DNA from: a virus | Strand: one strand, 5' to 3' | UHGV virus genome: UHGV-0251519 | DNA length: 64,000 nucleotides | Made by a program: the position numbers and the translations under genes | Notes under the pieces: generated by a model | The model's database searches: none | Told to the model about the DNA's origin: nothing | The model's input: the letters and a program-made list of their open reading frames with translations, nothing else | In this document: piece by piece, positions 39,853-49,957 of the stretch | Layout: each line of letters starts with the position of its first letter | Numbering within the stretch: position 1 is the first letter of the stretch

Positions 39853-40767
39853 ATGCTAAAAATTTATCAAAACAACCCTGTTGTTCTTTTGGAAATTGCT
39901 ACAGATTTTCTAAGATCTGTTGTACTTAAAATTAAGACAGCACCGGACTTTAAACGTTGTTTGCCCTTTAATGAAAATAATGTGGCAGTGGGCAACCTAA
40001 AAGACCCTGAAAAGATTGCCGCGAAAATTGCAGCAGCAAAAGAGAGTTACGCTTCAGAAGGCGCACTGCTTGGCGTTACAGGAAGAATAGCCAGTATAAC
40101 AGTAATGTGCACGTACTGCGGCGGGGCTGTTACATTTAAGTCTTTTGTAACGGACAATGTGGGAATTGCTGGAAACGAAGAGGAGTTGGATAATCAAGAA
40201 AGGATTATGTTAACCAAGTTTTTTGACATGTGCAAAAGACTTGGCGACGAGGCGATTAACTCAAATGTGCCGGTAAATCTGATTTCTTGGGGCGGTTCTT
40301 CTTTTGATATTCCGTTTTTATTGCAAAGAAGTTGCATATTGAAAGTATATGATGTTTATAAACAAACATTTATACCTAATATGGAACAATTTTACTATTT
40401 CGGTAAAAACCGTGGGGTAGAAGGTAATGTCCGTCAAATCGACTTAATGGACTTTTGGAATTGCAGCAAATATTACAGCCCGCTTAAAAAGACAACATTG
40501 CAACAATTAGCTTATTCGTTTGGATATCTGGAAGATGCTGTGTTGCCTGAAGTTATTGGACGAAGTGAAATGAGGATAGGTGAAGGTGAAACCGCAATGG
40601 ATAATATTATTTCTGAAAAAACGTATAAAGATTTTTGTGAAGACTTTAAAAACGGTATTGACCAAATCGAGTTGTCAAAAAGTATTATACAAGGTGACAG
40701 CCTTAAACAACTTTATCCTCTTCTTGAAACTTACATAATTCAACAACTTGCAGACCAAATAATCTAA
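39853..40767 (+). CDS. DnaQ-fold 3'-5' exonuclease-like protein, possibly inactive
   Basis: GNLKDPEKI, TGRI, E..ML.KF, FDIPFL..RS, IDLM..W. Confidence 0.65.
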   Translation: MLKIYQNNPVVLLEIATDFLRSVVLKIKTAPDFKRCLPFNENNVAVGNLKDPEKIAAKIAAAKESYASEGALLGVTGRIASITVMCTYCGGAVTFKSFVTDNVGIAGNEEELDNQERIMLTKFFDMCKRLGDEAINSNVPVNLISWGGSSFDIPFLLQRSCILKVYDVYKQTFIPNMEQFYYFGKNRGVEGNVRQIDLMDFWNCSKYYSPLKKTTLQQLAYSFGYLEDAVLPEVIGRSEMRIGEGETAMDNIISEKTYKDFCEDFKNGIDQIELSKSIIQGDSLKQLYPLLETYIIQQLADQII

Positions 40768-40769
40768 AT

Positions 40770-41378
40770 ATGTCACGTCCCAAAGGTTCAAAAAATAAAC
40801 CCAAATTAAAAAATATTATTGCTGAAGAAATACTTCAGGATACCACAGGGCGCAAAAAACGCGGACGTAAATCATCTCGTGAAAAGATTGCGATTCCTGT
40901 GGTAAATACTAATACTGCTGCGATTAAGTTAAATGTGACATCCAAGGTTCAAGCCTTAAAAGAGGATTCGGAAAAGCCCAAACGCAAGCGTCGCACAAAA
41001 GCGGAAATGCAGCAAGCCAGGCAGCTTCAAGAATCTTCCGAAGTAATCACAGATAAACAAAAATCGCAGCAGTCACTAAAGAAGGTTTTGCCGAAACTTG
41101 AAATCGGCAAACCTTTATTTTATTTTGATCAATATTTGCTTACAAAATTTGACAACAACAATTTTGCACTTTGGTTAACTAATAAAAAAGATCGCCAAGT
41201 ATTTTTAGGATATTATTCCTTGGATATCATCGGATTCAAACAAGCTGTAACCAATATTGCAACTAGATTGCTTACAAAGGTTGATGACAATTCATACAAA
41301 GCCCTATTAAGCGCCAATAGCGTATTAAAAGCTTTAGATTTGTTTAGGGTATTTTTAGACACAAACTTTAAATCATAA
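40770..41378 (+). CDS. Basic putative DNA-binding protein
   Basis: RPKGSKNKPK, KKRGRK, KRKRRTKAEM. Confidence 0.6.
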   Translation: MSRPKGSKNKPKLKNIIAEEILQDTTGRKKRGRKSSREKIAIPVVNTNTAAIKLNVTSKVQALKEDSEKPKRKRRTKAEMQQARQLQESSEVITDKQKSQQSLKKVLPKLEIGKPLFYFDQYLLTKFDNNNFALWLTNKKDRQVFLGYYSLDIIGFKQAVTNIATRLLTKVDDNSYKALLSANSVLKALDLFRVFLDTNFKS

Positions 41379-41389
41379 ATATATGTATA

Positions 41390-41656
41390 ATGGACACTTA
41401 TGATTTAATAGATAACCTTAGTGTCTATAGACATCTGCAATTTCCAAGAGAGATAATTAAAAATCCCAAAGTAATTATAAAAGTTAAAAATAACTTAACA
41501 AATGCTATATATTTTTTTGGATGTGCTACAATGCCATTAAAAAAAGAACTTGAAGAATTTTTTCTGCCCATAGCACTTTGGGAGGAAGAACGTTATAACT
41601 CTTTGGAATTTGAAATGAAAAACTACCAATATCAAGTTTTAACTATCAACAAATAA
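41390..41656 (+). CDS. Hypothetical protein
   Basis: Operonic ORF. Confidence 0.5.
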   Translation: MDTYDLIDNLSVYRHLQFPREIIKNPKVIIKVKNNLTNAIYFFGCATMPLKKELEEFFLPIALWEEERYNSLEFEMKNYQYQVLTINK

Positions 41657-41676
41657 CAACCAACACCAAAATTTTT

Positions 41677-42171
41677 ATGACTAAGAAACTAAAAATCCGA
41701 TTCACTAAATTCGAGAAAGCCCTTGCGATGCAAATATTGGAGCAAGAAGGAAGCTTTCGCGATTCTGAACATGTAGATACGGGATTCCCCGAACTTTGTT
41801 GCGACCGTATTTATCTTTGTAATGAAGATTTACCTGACAATTTGAGAGTTTTCGTGAGGTATTTTGATACAAACGCCGGCCGCGACGAATACCTTAAAAA
41901 CGTCATCCGTTGGATAAGCGAAGAACAGTTTGGAAAAAACAATGAAGGGGAGCTTAAAATCGGCGAGATGTGCGAGGTACGCAATAAGAATACTGATGAT
42001 GTATGGAGAATAAGAAAGCTTATTACAATCTTGCCGGAACCATATTACAGTCCTTATATTGTGGAAGCACACGAGGGTAGAGGCTGTTGTTGGCAAGCTT
42101 TTGATCAAGCTCGACCAATTAAAAATAGTACTCCGAAAATTGACGGGGATGTTTATACCTGGGAAGAATAA
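41677..42171 (+). CDS. LKI.F/YTWE family copy 7
   Basis: 5' half very similar to copy 3 at DNA level. Confidence 0.75.
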   Translation: MTKKLKIRFTKFEKALAMQILEQEGSFRDSEHVDTGFPELCCDRIYLCNEDLPDNLRVFVRYFDTNAGRDEYLKNVIRWISEEQFGKNNEGELKIGEMCEVRNKNTDDVWRIRKLITILPEPYYSPYIVEAHEGRGCCWQAFDQARPIKNSTPKIDGDVYTWEE

Positions 42172-42173
42172 AT

Positions 42174-44768
42174 ATGATAATAAAATCTTTACATTTAAAA
42201 AACTTCGGACAACATTCCGATTTATTTTTGGATATTAAAGGTCCCGTAGTAGGCATAGTGGGGCGTAATGGATCTGGTAAATCGACTATTGTTTCTGCTT
42301 TGCAATATGCGTTTACCGGAGAAACTACCAATAATATTCAAACGTATATTAAAAAAGGCGAAACTTCCGCAGAAGTAGAAGTTATATTTGAGAAAAACGG
42401 TAAAACAGGCGTTATTAGACGTGGCATTAATACCAGAACTACTACCAGAAGTCTAACCTATGGTGATCTTATTCAAAAGCCTATTACTAAAGCTAAAGAA
42501 TTTGACGCCATGATGGATCAAATTTTGGGAGTAGATAAACAAAATATCTTAAGCGCCATATTTATTGCACAAGGAGAAATTGCCAATATTCTTAGTCCGA
42601 GACTTTCGGAAAGATTGGGCTTGTTTGCTAAATTGTTAAATTTAAATTTCTTATCCAAAAGATCTTATGTAGTTGACCAGACTTTAAATAAACTGAGATC
42701 TTCCGTTACAGATGTTGGCAGTTTAAAAAATAATTTGGAAGTTAAAATTGAAAATTTAAAATCCAAAAACGAAGCATGGGAATCTGCAGTTCAGGAAGCA
42801 AATGCGAAATATGTTAGCGCAACCTTTGTCAAAGATATATGGGAGTCCGCATCAAATTATATTCATGCTCAAAATGAGCATGCACGATGGGAAACTAAAT
42901 ATCAAGAAGCAATAGCAACTCTTCTTGAACAAAAAAATGATCTAACCTCCGTAGCTGCAATTGCAGGGGTAGATGAATCTACGCTTATTCCTAGTATTAC
43001 GACACAAATCGAAAGCTTAGAAAGTCAATTTAACGAAATAAGCGCATTTTTAAAAAATCAACAGCTGATTATTGACGCTTGGAATAATTTAGTTTCAGCC
43101 AGAGAAGAAAATAAAATATTTAACCAGCTAAAGACCACGGTGTTTGCTGACGTACCACCTGACGTTGTGGAAACGACTGTACGTGAATTTGACGAGTATC
43201 AAAACAACACAACCAAATTTGAGGATTGTTGCATAAAATCCGAAAAGTGGAAAAACAAACTGTCTGAACTTGAGCAAGATATAAACAAAGCAACTTCCAA
43301 GATACAACAGGCAGAGGCCACTATTCCTCGATTGGAGCAACAAAGAAATAACTTGTGTTCAGTTGTGGCACAGCTAGAAACGCTGGCGAAAACCAAACAA
43401 AAGCTAAAAGACAAAGTTAACAAGGATACTGCCAGCTGTCCTGTATGCGGCCTAAAACTGATGCTTGGACAAGAGGTTTGCGATGGAGATATTGAAAGCA
43501 TAAAACAAAATATTCAAACGCTTCAAACATCCCAGATTCAACCCTTGGAAATACAGTTAAAAGAGGCAACTTCGCTAAAAGTAAACAATGGAGCTATCTT
43601 AAGAGTTTCAGAGCAAGAGTATAAGCAAATAAAAGCGGACTATGATGAATGCCAAAAACTTATGGCAGAACTAAGGTCTAAAATAGATGCTTATAAAAAC
43701 GACCTGCCGCAGATTACGCAATCTATTAATACAATAAAAGATAAGTTGCCTGAATATAAAGTATTGTGGGAAAAAAATCAACGCAACACTTTGCAGGATA
43801 TGATTGATCAAGTAACCAAAACCTTACAATCATTTAATCTTGATGAAAACAACATAGATGTTGCCAAATTAAAAGAAATTGTCAGTGCAAAAGAACAAGA
43901 ACTGTCTAAGCTAAGGTCTGAAATATCTAATAAAAAAGAGTTGTTAAGTAGGGCCACTACGATTACAGGGTCCATTTCTGCGCAGGAACAAGAAATATCT
44001 AAAACTCAAGGTACCATATTGCAGCTTAATCAAAATCTAAAAAATCATAAGCTAAAACAAATACGCGATACGCTTGAGCAAGATATAAAAAATGCCTATA
44101 TTCTGGAAACGTTTAACCACTTCGTAACGATTCCTGAGGTGCAAACAATTGCGTCTGCAGCTGTGGATGTATACAATCAGTTAAATGCTGAAAAACAAGT
44201 CATTGATAATTTGCAGCAGCAGATTGACAACGATAAAAACTTGATCGCTAAACTAGAAGCGGAAAATGCCAAAGTTTATTGTGAAGTTGAAGAATTGGCA
44301 CGCATAAAGCAACTCTTGCAACCTCAAGACGGCGTAATTAAAAACTATATCAATTATTTGTTTAAGTCGATTTCCGGATATATCAGCGAATATTTGGCGT
44401 ATATGAATGCCAACTTTATCATTCAAATTGAAGATAGAGCGACTGAAGAAGACTTGTCATTTAAGTTCCAAAGAGTCGATAAGCCTAATGACAAATATTG
44501 GTATCCCATGTATCAATTGTCAGGTGGTCAAAAGATTAAGTTGTCCATAGCGTTTCAATTAGCTATTCAGAAAATTATTTGCCCCGATTTAGGATTCTTG
44601 GTTTTAGATGAACCTACTACTCATTTAGATGAAGAATCTATAAAAGCGCTTAGCGAGCTTTTAGAAAATGTCGGAAATATGCTAACTGGACAAAACGGTC
44701 AAGTATGGATCATTGATCATAACCATATAATAGACAAAGCATTTACGACTGCAATTAACCTGGATTAG
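42174..44768 (+). CDS. sbcC: SbcC/Rad50-like SMC ATPase
   Basis: Walker A GRNGSGKS, Q-loop AQGE, zinc hook CPVC, signature LSGGQ, Walker B LDEPTTHLD. Confidence 0.92.
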   Translation: MIIKSLHLKNFGQHSDLFLDIKGPVVGIVGRNGSGKSTIVSALQYAFTGETTNNIQTYIKKGETSAEVEVIFEKNGKTGVIRRGINTRTTTRSLTYGDLIQKPITKAKEFDAMMDQILGVDKQNILSAIFIAQGEIANILSPRLSERLGLFAKLLNLNFLSKRSYVVDQTLNKLRSSVTDVGSLKNNLEVKIENLKSKNEAWESAVQEANAKYVSATFVKDIWESASNYIHAQNEHARWETKYQEAIATLLEQKNDLTSVAAIAGVDESTLIPSITTQIESLESQFNEISAFLKNQQLIIDAWNNLVSAREENKIFNQLKTTVFADVPPDVVETTVREFDEYQNNTTKFEDCCIKSEKWKNKLSELEQDINKATSKIQQAEATIPRLEQQRNNLCSVVAQLETLAKTKQKLKDKVNKDTASCPVCGLKLMLGQEVCDGDIESIKQNIQTLQTSQIQPLEIQLKEATSLKVNNGAILRVSEQEYKQIKADYDECQKLMAELRSKIDAYKNDLPQITQSINTIKDKLPEYKVLWEKNQRNTLQDMIDQVTKTLQSFNLDENNIDVAKLKEIVSAKEQELSKLRSEISNKKELLSRATTITGSISAQEQEISKTQGTILQLNQNLKNHKLKQIRDTLEQDIKNAYILETFNHFVTIPEVQTIASAAVDVYNQLNAEKQVIDNLQQQIDNDKNLIAKLEAENAKVYCEVEELARIKQLLQPQDGVIKNYINYLFKSISGYISEYLAYMNANFIIQIEDRATEEDLSFKFQRVDKPNDKYWYPMYQLSGGQKIKLSIAFQLAIQKIICPDLGFLVLDEPTTHLDEESIKALSELLENVGNMLTGQNGQVWIIDHNHIIDKAFTTAINLD

Positions 44769-44772
44769 CAAA

Positions 44773-45234
44773 GTGAAAACGATAATGCCGGAGATTGAGC
44801 TTACTTCCGAGTTCTTGGGCAGTGGCAAACCTGATCCTGATGACAATGGAGCAAGACGGATTCTGTTAAACAATGTTAAGAAACGCGAGATTAAGTTGTT
44901 CTTAACTTCGTTTCTTAATGAATTTAAAAAACGTACCAATGGAACATTAAATGAAAATTTTCAGATTTATCCTGGATTAATTCCATCTGACAAAATTGTT
45001 CCCATGTTTTTTGAAAGAAAAGAGATAGATATTGATAGAAAAGGATATCAGTTATTTGAAATCTTACCAGTAGGTTTTACTGGATATTTAAAAATCCAAT
45101 ATAATCCTGAAGTTTGGGATGAATCATATCTATTAAATGGCCTCCAAACTGTTGCTAACCATAAAGGCATTACACAATTTGGTGTTAAGCAAGGTTATGG
45201 AAAATTCATATTCACTAACAAAAAATCACATTAA
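44773..45234 (+). CDS. Possible stand-alone RAMP (Cas7/Csm3-like) fold protein
   Basis: N-terminal strand IELTSEFLG; FEILP.G; C-terminal G-rich loop GITQFGVKQGYGKF. Confidence 0.45.
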   Translation: MKTIMPEIELTSEFLGSGKPDPDDNGARRILLNNVKKREIKLFLTSFLNEFKKRTNGTLNENFQIYPGLIPSDKIVPMFFERKEIDIDRKGYQLFEILPVGFTGYLKIQYNPEVWDESYLLNGLQTVANHKGITQFGVKQGYGKFIFTNKKSH

Positions 45235-45238
45235 ATAT

Positions 45239-45493
45239 ATGCCTAAAATAAAAATTCGCATTAACAAATCTCAACCGCATTTTGATCTGGAACAAATGAG
45301 ACGAGATCAATACATGCAATTTAAAGTGCAAGAAACTGTAAAGAATACTTGCAGAAGGCTTGCAGAGGAGGCTAAGGTTAATCCTTTTACGGACAACTAT
45401 GTCAATCAACCAAAGGTTACGATTAGCTTTGATCTCACAATATCACCATTTCAAAAATGCATGCAGAAATTTATTGGACAAATAACGATTTAA
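45239..45493 (+). CDS. Hypothetical protein (start re-called at ATG 45239)
   Basis: Operonic ORF. Confidence 0.5.
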   Translation: MPKIKIRINKSQPHFDLEQMRRDQYMQFKVQETVKNTCRRLAEEAKVNPFTDNYVNQPKVTISFDLTISPFQKCMQKFIGQITI

Positions 45494-46887
45494 TTGTTCG
45501 ACTGCCGAAAAGATGTAGAGAATTGGAATCGAGTTTAAAATATACTAAAAAAGAATTGGTCTTTAGTCCTGCACAGCGCAAGCGAATAACTAAAAAAACG
45601 ACTAAGCATATTTTTAATATCATTCCTTCTTTGCATGATAATATGGTCACGTATCAAACATTCCAAGGAATGTTTGATACGGTCGTTGATATAGTACGTA
45701 AAAGTTATCCTGATGCCAAGGTGATTGATAAACGCTTGGCATTTCCATTACCTTTGTATGACAAACTTGGAGGTTTGAGATTTAACCAAGAGGAAGTATT
45801 GCGCAAGGGATTGGATAAAAACCGTAGCGGGTTGTTTAAATGTCCTACTCGTTATGGTAAGACGCGACTTATTACCAACACCATTAATGTTTATCCCAAT
45901 TTGCCAACTGTAGTTTTAGCCCCTGGCATTGACCTTTTACCTCAAACCATGGATACAATTAAACAATGTTGTCCTGGACGTGAGGTGAAAGGTTTATTTA
46001 CCGGAAGTAAAGACAGATACCCATCTGAAGACATTACTGTGTGTTCTTTGGATTCAATGCATAAATTGGATTTTGAGAATACCAAACTGGTATTGGTGGA
46101 CGAGCCGCATTCAGCTGTAACAGAAAGCCGTGCGCCGTATTTCCCAAGATTCTCCAATGCTCGAATCCTTGGGTTCGGAGCCACAACAGACGGAAGATGG
46201 GGAGGTGAAGATATTCTTATAACAGGACTTATGGGTCCGGTTCTTTCTCAGACAACTTATACAGAATGTGTTAAGTTAGGCGCTTTGTGCCCGATTCATG
46301 TGTATATGATAAAGGTATCTTTTACGCCTAAGAATTATGTAAGAAGAGATTTAGCGTATAAATATCTGGTGCAACAGAATGCTGCATTTAATATGCTCGT
46401 CGGTCATATCTGTAACAATATAATTCCCAAAGATTTTCAAACTTTGGTATTTATTGAAAACTCCAGTCAAGCCGAAGTGTTGTCGCAACAAGTAAATGAC
46501 AGCATCATTGCCATGGATAAATTAATGAAGAACAAAAAAGAGCGGCAAGAGTTATTTGCTAAAATGAAAGCAAATGAAATAAAACGCTGTATTTGTTCTA
46601 ACATTTATTCCACTGGAGTTACCATTGACGAATTGCGATGTGAAATTAATTGTTGTGGAGGCGGCGCCGGCATTATGGCCACTCAAAAACCAGGAAGACT
46701 CGCAGAAGTAAAACCCAACAAACCTGAGGGTATAATGATAGATTTTCTATTTATGCCTTCTGCTAATTGCAATCCGGCAAGCGGAGATGCAATGATTATG
46801 CGAGATTCCTATCTACGTCTCAATGCCTATAGGGAATTAGGATATACAGTTGATATTTTGGAAAACATTGAACAACTAAAAATTTAA
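45457..46887 (+). CDS. SF2 DNA helicase (UvsW-like)
   Basis: Q motif LRFNQ, PTRYGKT, DEPH, GFGAT, STGVTI, QKPGR. Confidence 0.85.
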   Translation: MHAEIYWTNNDLIVRLPKRCRELESSLKYTKKELVFSPAQRKRITKKTTKHIFNIIPSLHDNMVTYQTFQGMFDTVVDIVRKSYPDAKVIDKRLAFPLPLYDKLGGLRFNQEEVLRKGLDKNRSGLFKCPTRYGKTRLITNTINVYPNLPTVVLAPGIDLLPQTMDTIKQCCPGREVKGLFTGSKDRYPSEDITVCSLDSMHKLDFENTKLVLVDEPHSAVTESRAPYFPRFSNARILGFGATTDGRWGGEDILITGLMGPVLSQTTYTECVKLGALCPIHVYMIKVSFTPKNYVRRDLAYKYLVQQNAAFNMLVGHICNNIIPKDFQTLVFIENSSQAEVLSQQVNDSIIAMDKLMKNKKERQELFAKMKANEIKRCICSNIYSTGVTIDELRCEINCCGGGAGIMATQKPGRLAEVKPNKPEGIMIDFLFMPSANCNPASGDAMIMRDSYLRLNAYRELGYTVDILENIEQLKI

Positions 46888-46889
46888 TT

Positions 46890-47327
46890 ATGGCAACATC
46901 AAATACTTCTAAACAACACACCAGATACTTTGTCGCAGTTATAAAACAATTTATCAATGACGCTTACGATGAGTATGCGGAAGATAAAGAAGAAACGAAT
47001 GATATAGATTCTGATACGCAGTCAAGTAATTTAGCTGCATTGCAAGAATTGAATGCAGTGGAACTTTTTTCAGTAGGCAAACAACTCTTGTTTCTGGAAA
47101 CTGATAACCTGGAAGAGGATGATTTGACGAGTGAAGAAGCTGAGGAAATGTTCATAAATTGGCTAGAGATCTGTGATCATGGATGGGATTATCTTTCCAT
47201 GAAGCCAATAATGGTAGACGGCAAAAAAATGTATCAAGCGGACGAATCTCCCTTTGTTTTTGAATTTGTTAATATAAAAGAAATAACCAAAGAAATCTTT
47301 AACATATCTAAATATTTCGAACTGTGA
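46890..47327 (+). CDS. Acidic hypothetical protein
   Basis: Operonic ORF. Confidence 0.55.
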   Translation: MATSNTSKQHTRYFVAVIKQFINDAYDEYAEDKEETNDIDSDTQSSNLAALQELNAVELFSVGKQLLFLETDNLEEDDLTSEEAEEMFINWLEICDHGWDYLSMKPIMVDGKKMYQADESPFVFEFVNIKEITKEIFNISKYFEL

Positions 47328-47917
47328 AAATGGACAACAACCACAATATCACCGTTAAATACCAAGCACTTCCCGGAGTTAAAGCTCCTGAAATCAAATC
47401 GGAGGGAGCACATTGTGCAGATATTTATGCCAAACAAATGGTAAAGATTTATCCTGGAGAAATAGTTATCGCTAAGACAAAGCTATTTACAGAAATTCCT
47501 CAAGGATACGGAGCGCGTATATTGGAACGTAGCTCGATGCCTGTAAAACATAGGGTAACCGTAAAAGCTGGAACCATTGACAGCGATTATCGTAACGAAT
47601 GGGGAGTGGTATTGTATAAAATGCCAGGACTAACGTTGCGTAATGCTCTGCGTATTAATGTAAAAAAATATAAGGAAGATATAGAAAATGAAGAAGTTAA
47701 TAATAAAGGACTTCTCTCCAAACTGAGAAATTGGGCACGGGTACTAAGCGATACGGTGGAAGATTATATTTCCAGCAATAGGCCTACTGTATATCTGGAG
47801 GGTGATCGTATAGCCCAAGTTAAATTTGAGCCGACGGTCACGGCTACATTTCAAGCTTCTGATAACCTTAGCAAAACTGAACGCAATATGGGCGGCTTTG
47901 GCAGCTCTGGAAAATAA
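47324..47917 (+). CDS. dut: Trimeric dUTPase with internal insertion
   Basis: ERSS, GTIDSDYR, GDRIAQ, R..GGFGSSG. Confidence 0.92.
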   Translation: MKMDNNHNITVKYQALPGVKAPEIKSEGAHCADIYAKQMVKIYPGEIVIAKTKLFTEIPQGYGARILERSSMPVKHRVTVKAGTIDSDYRNEWGVVLYKMPGLTLRNALRINVKKYKEDIENEEVNNKGLLSKLRNWARVLSDTVEDYISSNRPTVYLEGDRIAQVKFEPTVTATFQASDNLSKTERNMGGFGSSGK

Positions 47918-47922
47918 AAATT

Positions 47923-48720
47923 ATGGAAATCGAAATTATAGATATTTCTAAAGCAAATGTGCCGAATGTGCGTTTTGACATAACTGCTTGGGAAAAAATT
48001 CAATTTATTGTAGATCATGAATCAATGGAAATCGGATGGTTCGGAACAGTTGATCATGATCCTAAAAGTAACACATATGTCATAACAGACATATTTATTA
48101 CTGAACAACGGCGTCATGGCGCTACATGTGAACAATCCGCAAAAGGATTAAATGAACTGACTTCCGAAATTATTCGTGATCTGTCATTAAGTTCCGAAGA
48201 AAAACGGAATCGTTTAAACACATTTAATTTTTGGGGTCATTCTCATGTTAACATGGGAGTAAGTCCTAGTTGTGAAGATATCGCCAATGCGAAAAGATTT
48301 GCCGGTAAAGACTTTTTGATTACTGGTATATTCAACAAAAAAGGAGATGTTCGCTTAGATTTTTGGGATTTTAAAAATAATCTACACTATGCGGAACTTC
48401 CTGTAAGAAAGCGTTGGCATCTGTCTGATGAAACGGTTACAAAGATAATATCCGATATAAATACCAAAGTTAAAGAAATTACATTTGAGTCGCCTTATAG
48501 TTACGGTTCACCGCAACATTTACGTTCCGGCAGGGCTTTATTTGGAAGCCCAGCATCTGTTTGGAACAGCGAAAAACCATCTGTAAGTAACGAATGGATT
48601 GACCTTGACGGCGCTATACGCAGTAGCAATGCAAGTAGCAATAAGCTCGTAGAAAAAGTAGATAATAACGATTTCTTTTCTAAAACTCAAATCTCTCAAA
48701 AATCATGGATGCAGCATTAA
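47923..48720 (+). CDS. JAB/MPN+ metalloprotease (Ubl-processing)
   Basis: Catalytic E in MEIGW; JAMM motif GHSHVNMGVSPSCED. Confidence 0.85.
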   Translation: MEIEIIDISKANVPNVRFDITAWEKIQFIVDHESMEIGWFGTVDHDPKSNTYVITDIFITEQRRHGATCEQSAKGLNELTSEIIRDLSLSSEEKRNRLNTFNFWGHSHVNMGVSPSCEDIANAKRFAGKDFLITGIFNKKGDVRLDFWDFKNNLHYAELPVRKRWHLSDETVTKIISDINTKVKEITFESPYSYGSPQHLRSGRALFGSPASVWNSEKPSVSNEWIDLDGAIRSSNASSNKLVEKVDNNDFFSKTQISQKSWMQH

Positions 48721-49421
48721 TTGATTTTGAACGGCAACACGCTTTCTTGGATCCAGCGAATTTTAACCAAAAAAATTATCGCATAGATATTATAGGAGCT
48801 GGAGCAACAGGATCTTATGTTGCATTTCAGTTAGCTAAAATGGGTATCCAAGGCATGCATATTTGGGATGCTGATGTCGTAGAAAGCCATAACCTTCCCA
48901 ATCAGCTTTATGGACTTGCAGATGTTGGCAAACTTAAAGTAGAAGCCTTATCAGAGTATCTAAAAGAAATTGCAGGTATTGAAGTTACAACACATAATGA
49001 ATTTGTAAATTCGGAAACTGGAATGTTAGGGGATATTGTGTTTTTACTTACAGACACAATGTCTTCTCGCAAAGAAATTTACGAATCGTGTTTAAAGTAT
49101 TACGCAACGCAATTGTGCATTGAGACCAGACTCTCAGCAACCCAAGGAAGAGTTTATGCTTTTAACCCGACTGATCTAACGGATCAGATGCGGTGGGAAA
49201 AAACTTTATATTCCGATGAAGTCGCTGAAAAAAGCGAGTGTGGCACATCCATTATGATGGGTGCTTCTTCTTCAATGATTGCGTCGATGGCCGTATGGCA
49301 ATTTATAAAGTGGGTCACAAAACGTGACGATACCATTGATGAAAAATATCGACTTGCAAATCCCGAATTTGAAGTGCTATTTTCCGTTTATCCGAATTAT
49401 AACTTTCTTTTTAATCTTTAA
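48705..49421 (+). CDS. E1-like ThiF-family adenylyltransferase
   Basis: IIGAGATGS, WDADVVESHNLPNQ, GKLKVEAL, TD, ETR; candidate catalytic Cys in SECG. Confidence 0.9.
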   Translation: MDAALIDFERQHAFLDPANFNQKNYRIDIIGAGATGSYVAFQLAKMGIQGMHIWDADVVESHNLPNQLYGLADVGKLKVEALSEYLKEIAGIEVTTHNEFVNSETGMLGDIVFLLTDTMSSRKEIYESCLKYYATQLCIETRLSATQGRVYAFNPTDLTDQMRWEKTLYSDEVAEKSECGTSIMMGASSSMIASMAVWQFIKWVTKRDDTIDEKYRLANPEFEVLFSVYPNYNFLFNL

Positions 49422-49460
49422 CCCAACCTGCCTAACTCAAAAACAAAAAACTAAAATAAT

Positions 49461-49733
49461 ATGACAAAACAAGAAATTATCGAAAAAATTGCTAAAGCTG
49501 TTGATTTTAACGCTACACGTGTCCTTAGGGACACTGTAATTCGTGGTGAAGATAAAATTATCTCAGAAGCAACCATGTTTGAATATTGGAACAACTTTGG
49601 CGAACTAAAACGCGATGTTGTCGATTATATAGAAGAATATGGAGTCGAGGAGACCTGTGAAGTCGAAGAAAACGAACACGATGCTCCTTGTGCCATGTGT
49701 CGCAGGAAGATCCAAACGCTACCAAATCTGTAA
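49461..49733 (+). CDS. Small helical/acidic protein, possibly the N-terminal part of the Ubl
   Basis: Clear ATG after an A-rich leader; overlaps the Ubl frame. Confidence 0.55.
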   Translation: MTKQEIIEKIAKAVDFNATRVLRDTVIRGEDKIISEATMFEYWNNFGELKRDVVDYIEEYGVEETCEVEENEHDAPCAMCRRKIQTLPNL

Positions 49734-49957
49734 CCATTGTGCCCTTCCAGGCGATGTGTCGTGAAGTGCGTGTTCCTGCGCATTGGTCGTTGAAACAGAT
49801 TTTGGATGCGTATCCAGATCTGAACATTGACGTGGAAACCGGTATGTGGGATATCCGTATAAATGGCGGTGGCGATGATGTGGCACCTGATGCAGAATTA
49901 TGCGTGCCGAAGGACGGAGACTTTATTCAGATTGCCACCCATTCTAAAGGCAACTAA
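49661..49957 (+). CDS. Ubiquitin-like (beta-grasp) domain ending KGN; open frame with no convincing start
   Basis: SVTIVP..EVRVP..SLKQIL..IRING..KDGDFIQI..KG-N; follows JAB and E1. Confidence 0.75.
   Translation, partial: SRRKRTRCSLCHVSQEDPNATKSVTIVPFQAMCREVRVPAHWSLKQILDAYPDLNIDVETGMWDIRINGGGDDVAPDAELCVPKDGDFIQIATHSKGN

Noticed and set aside
47923..49957. ThiS/MoaD-type sulfur-relay operon
   Set aside because: No thiG, moaE, cysteine synthase or rhodanese nearby, and an E2-like domain follows; disfavoured rather than excluded
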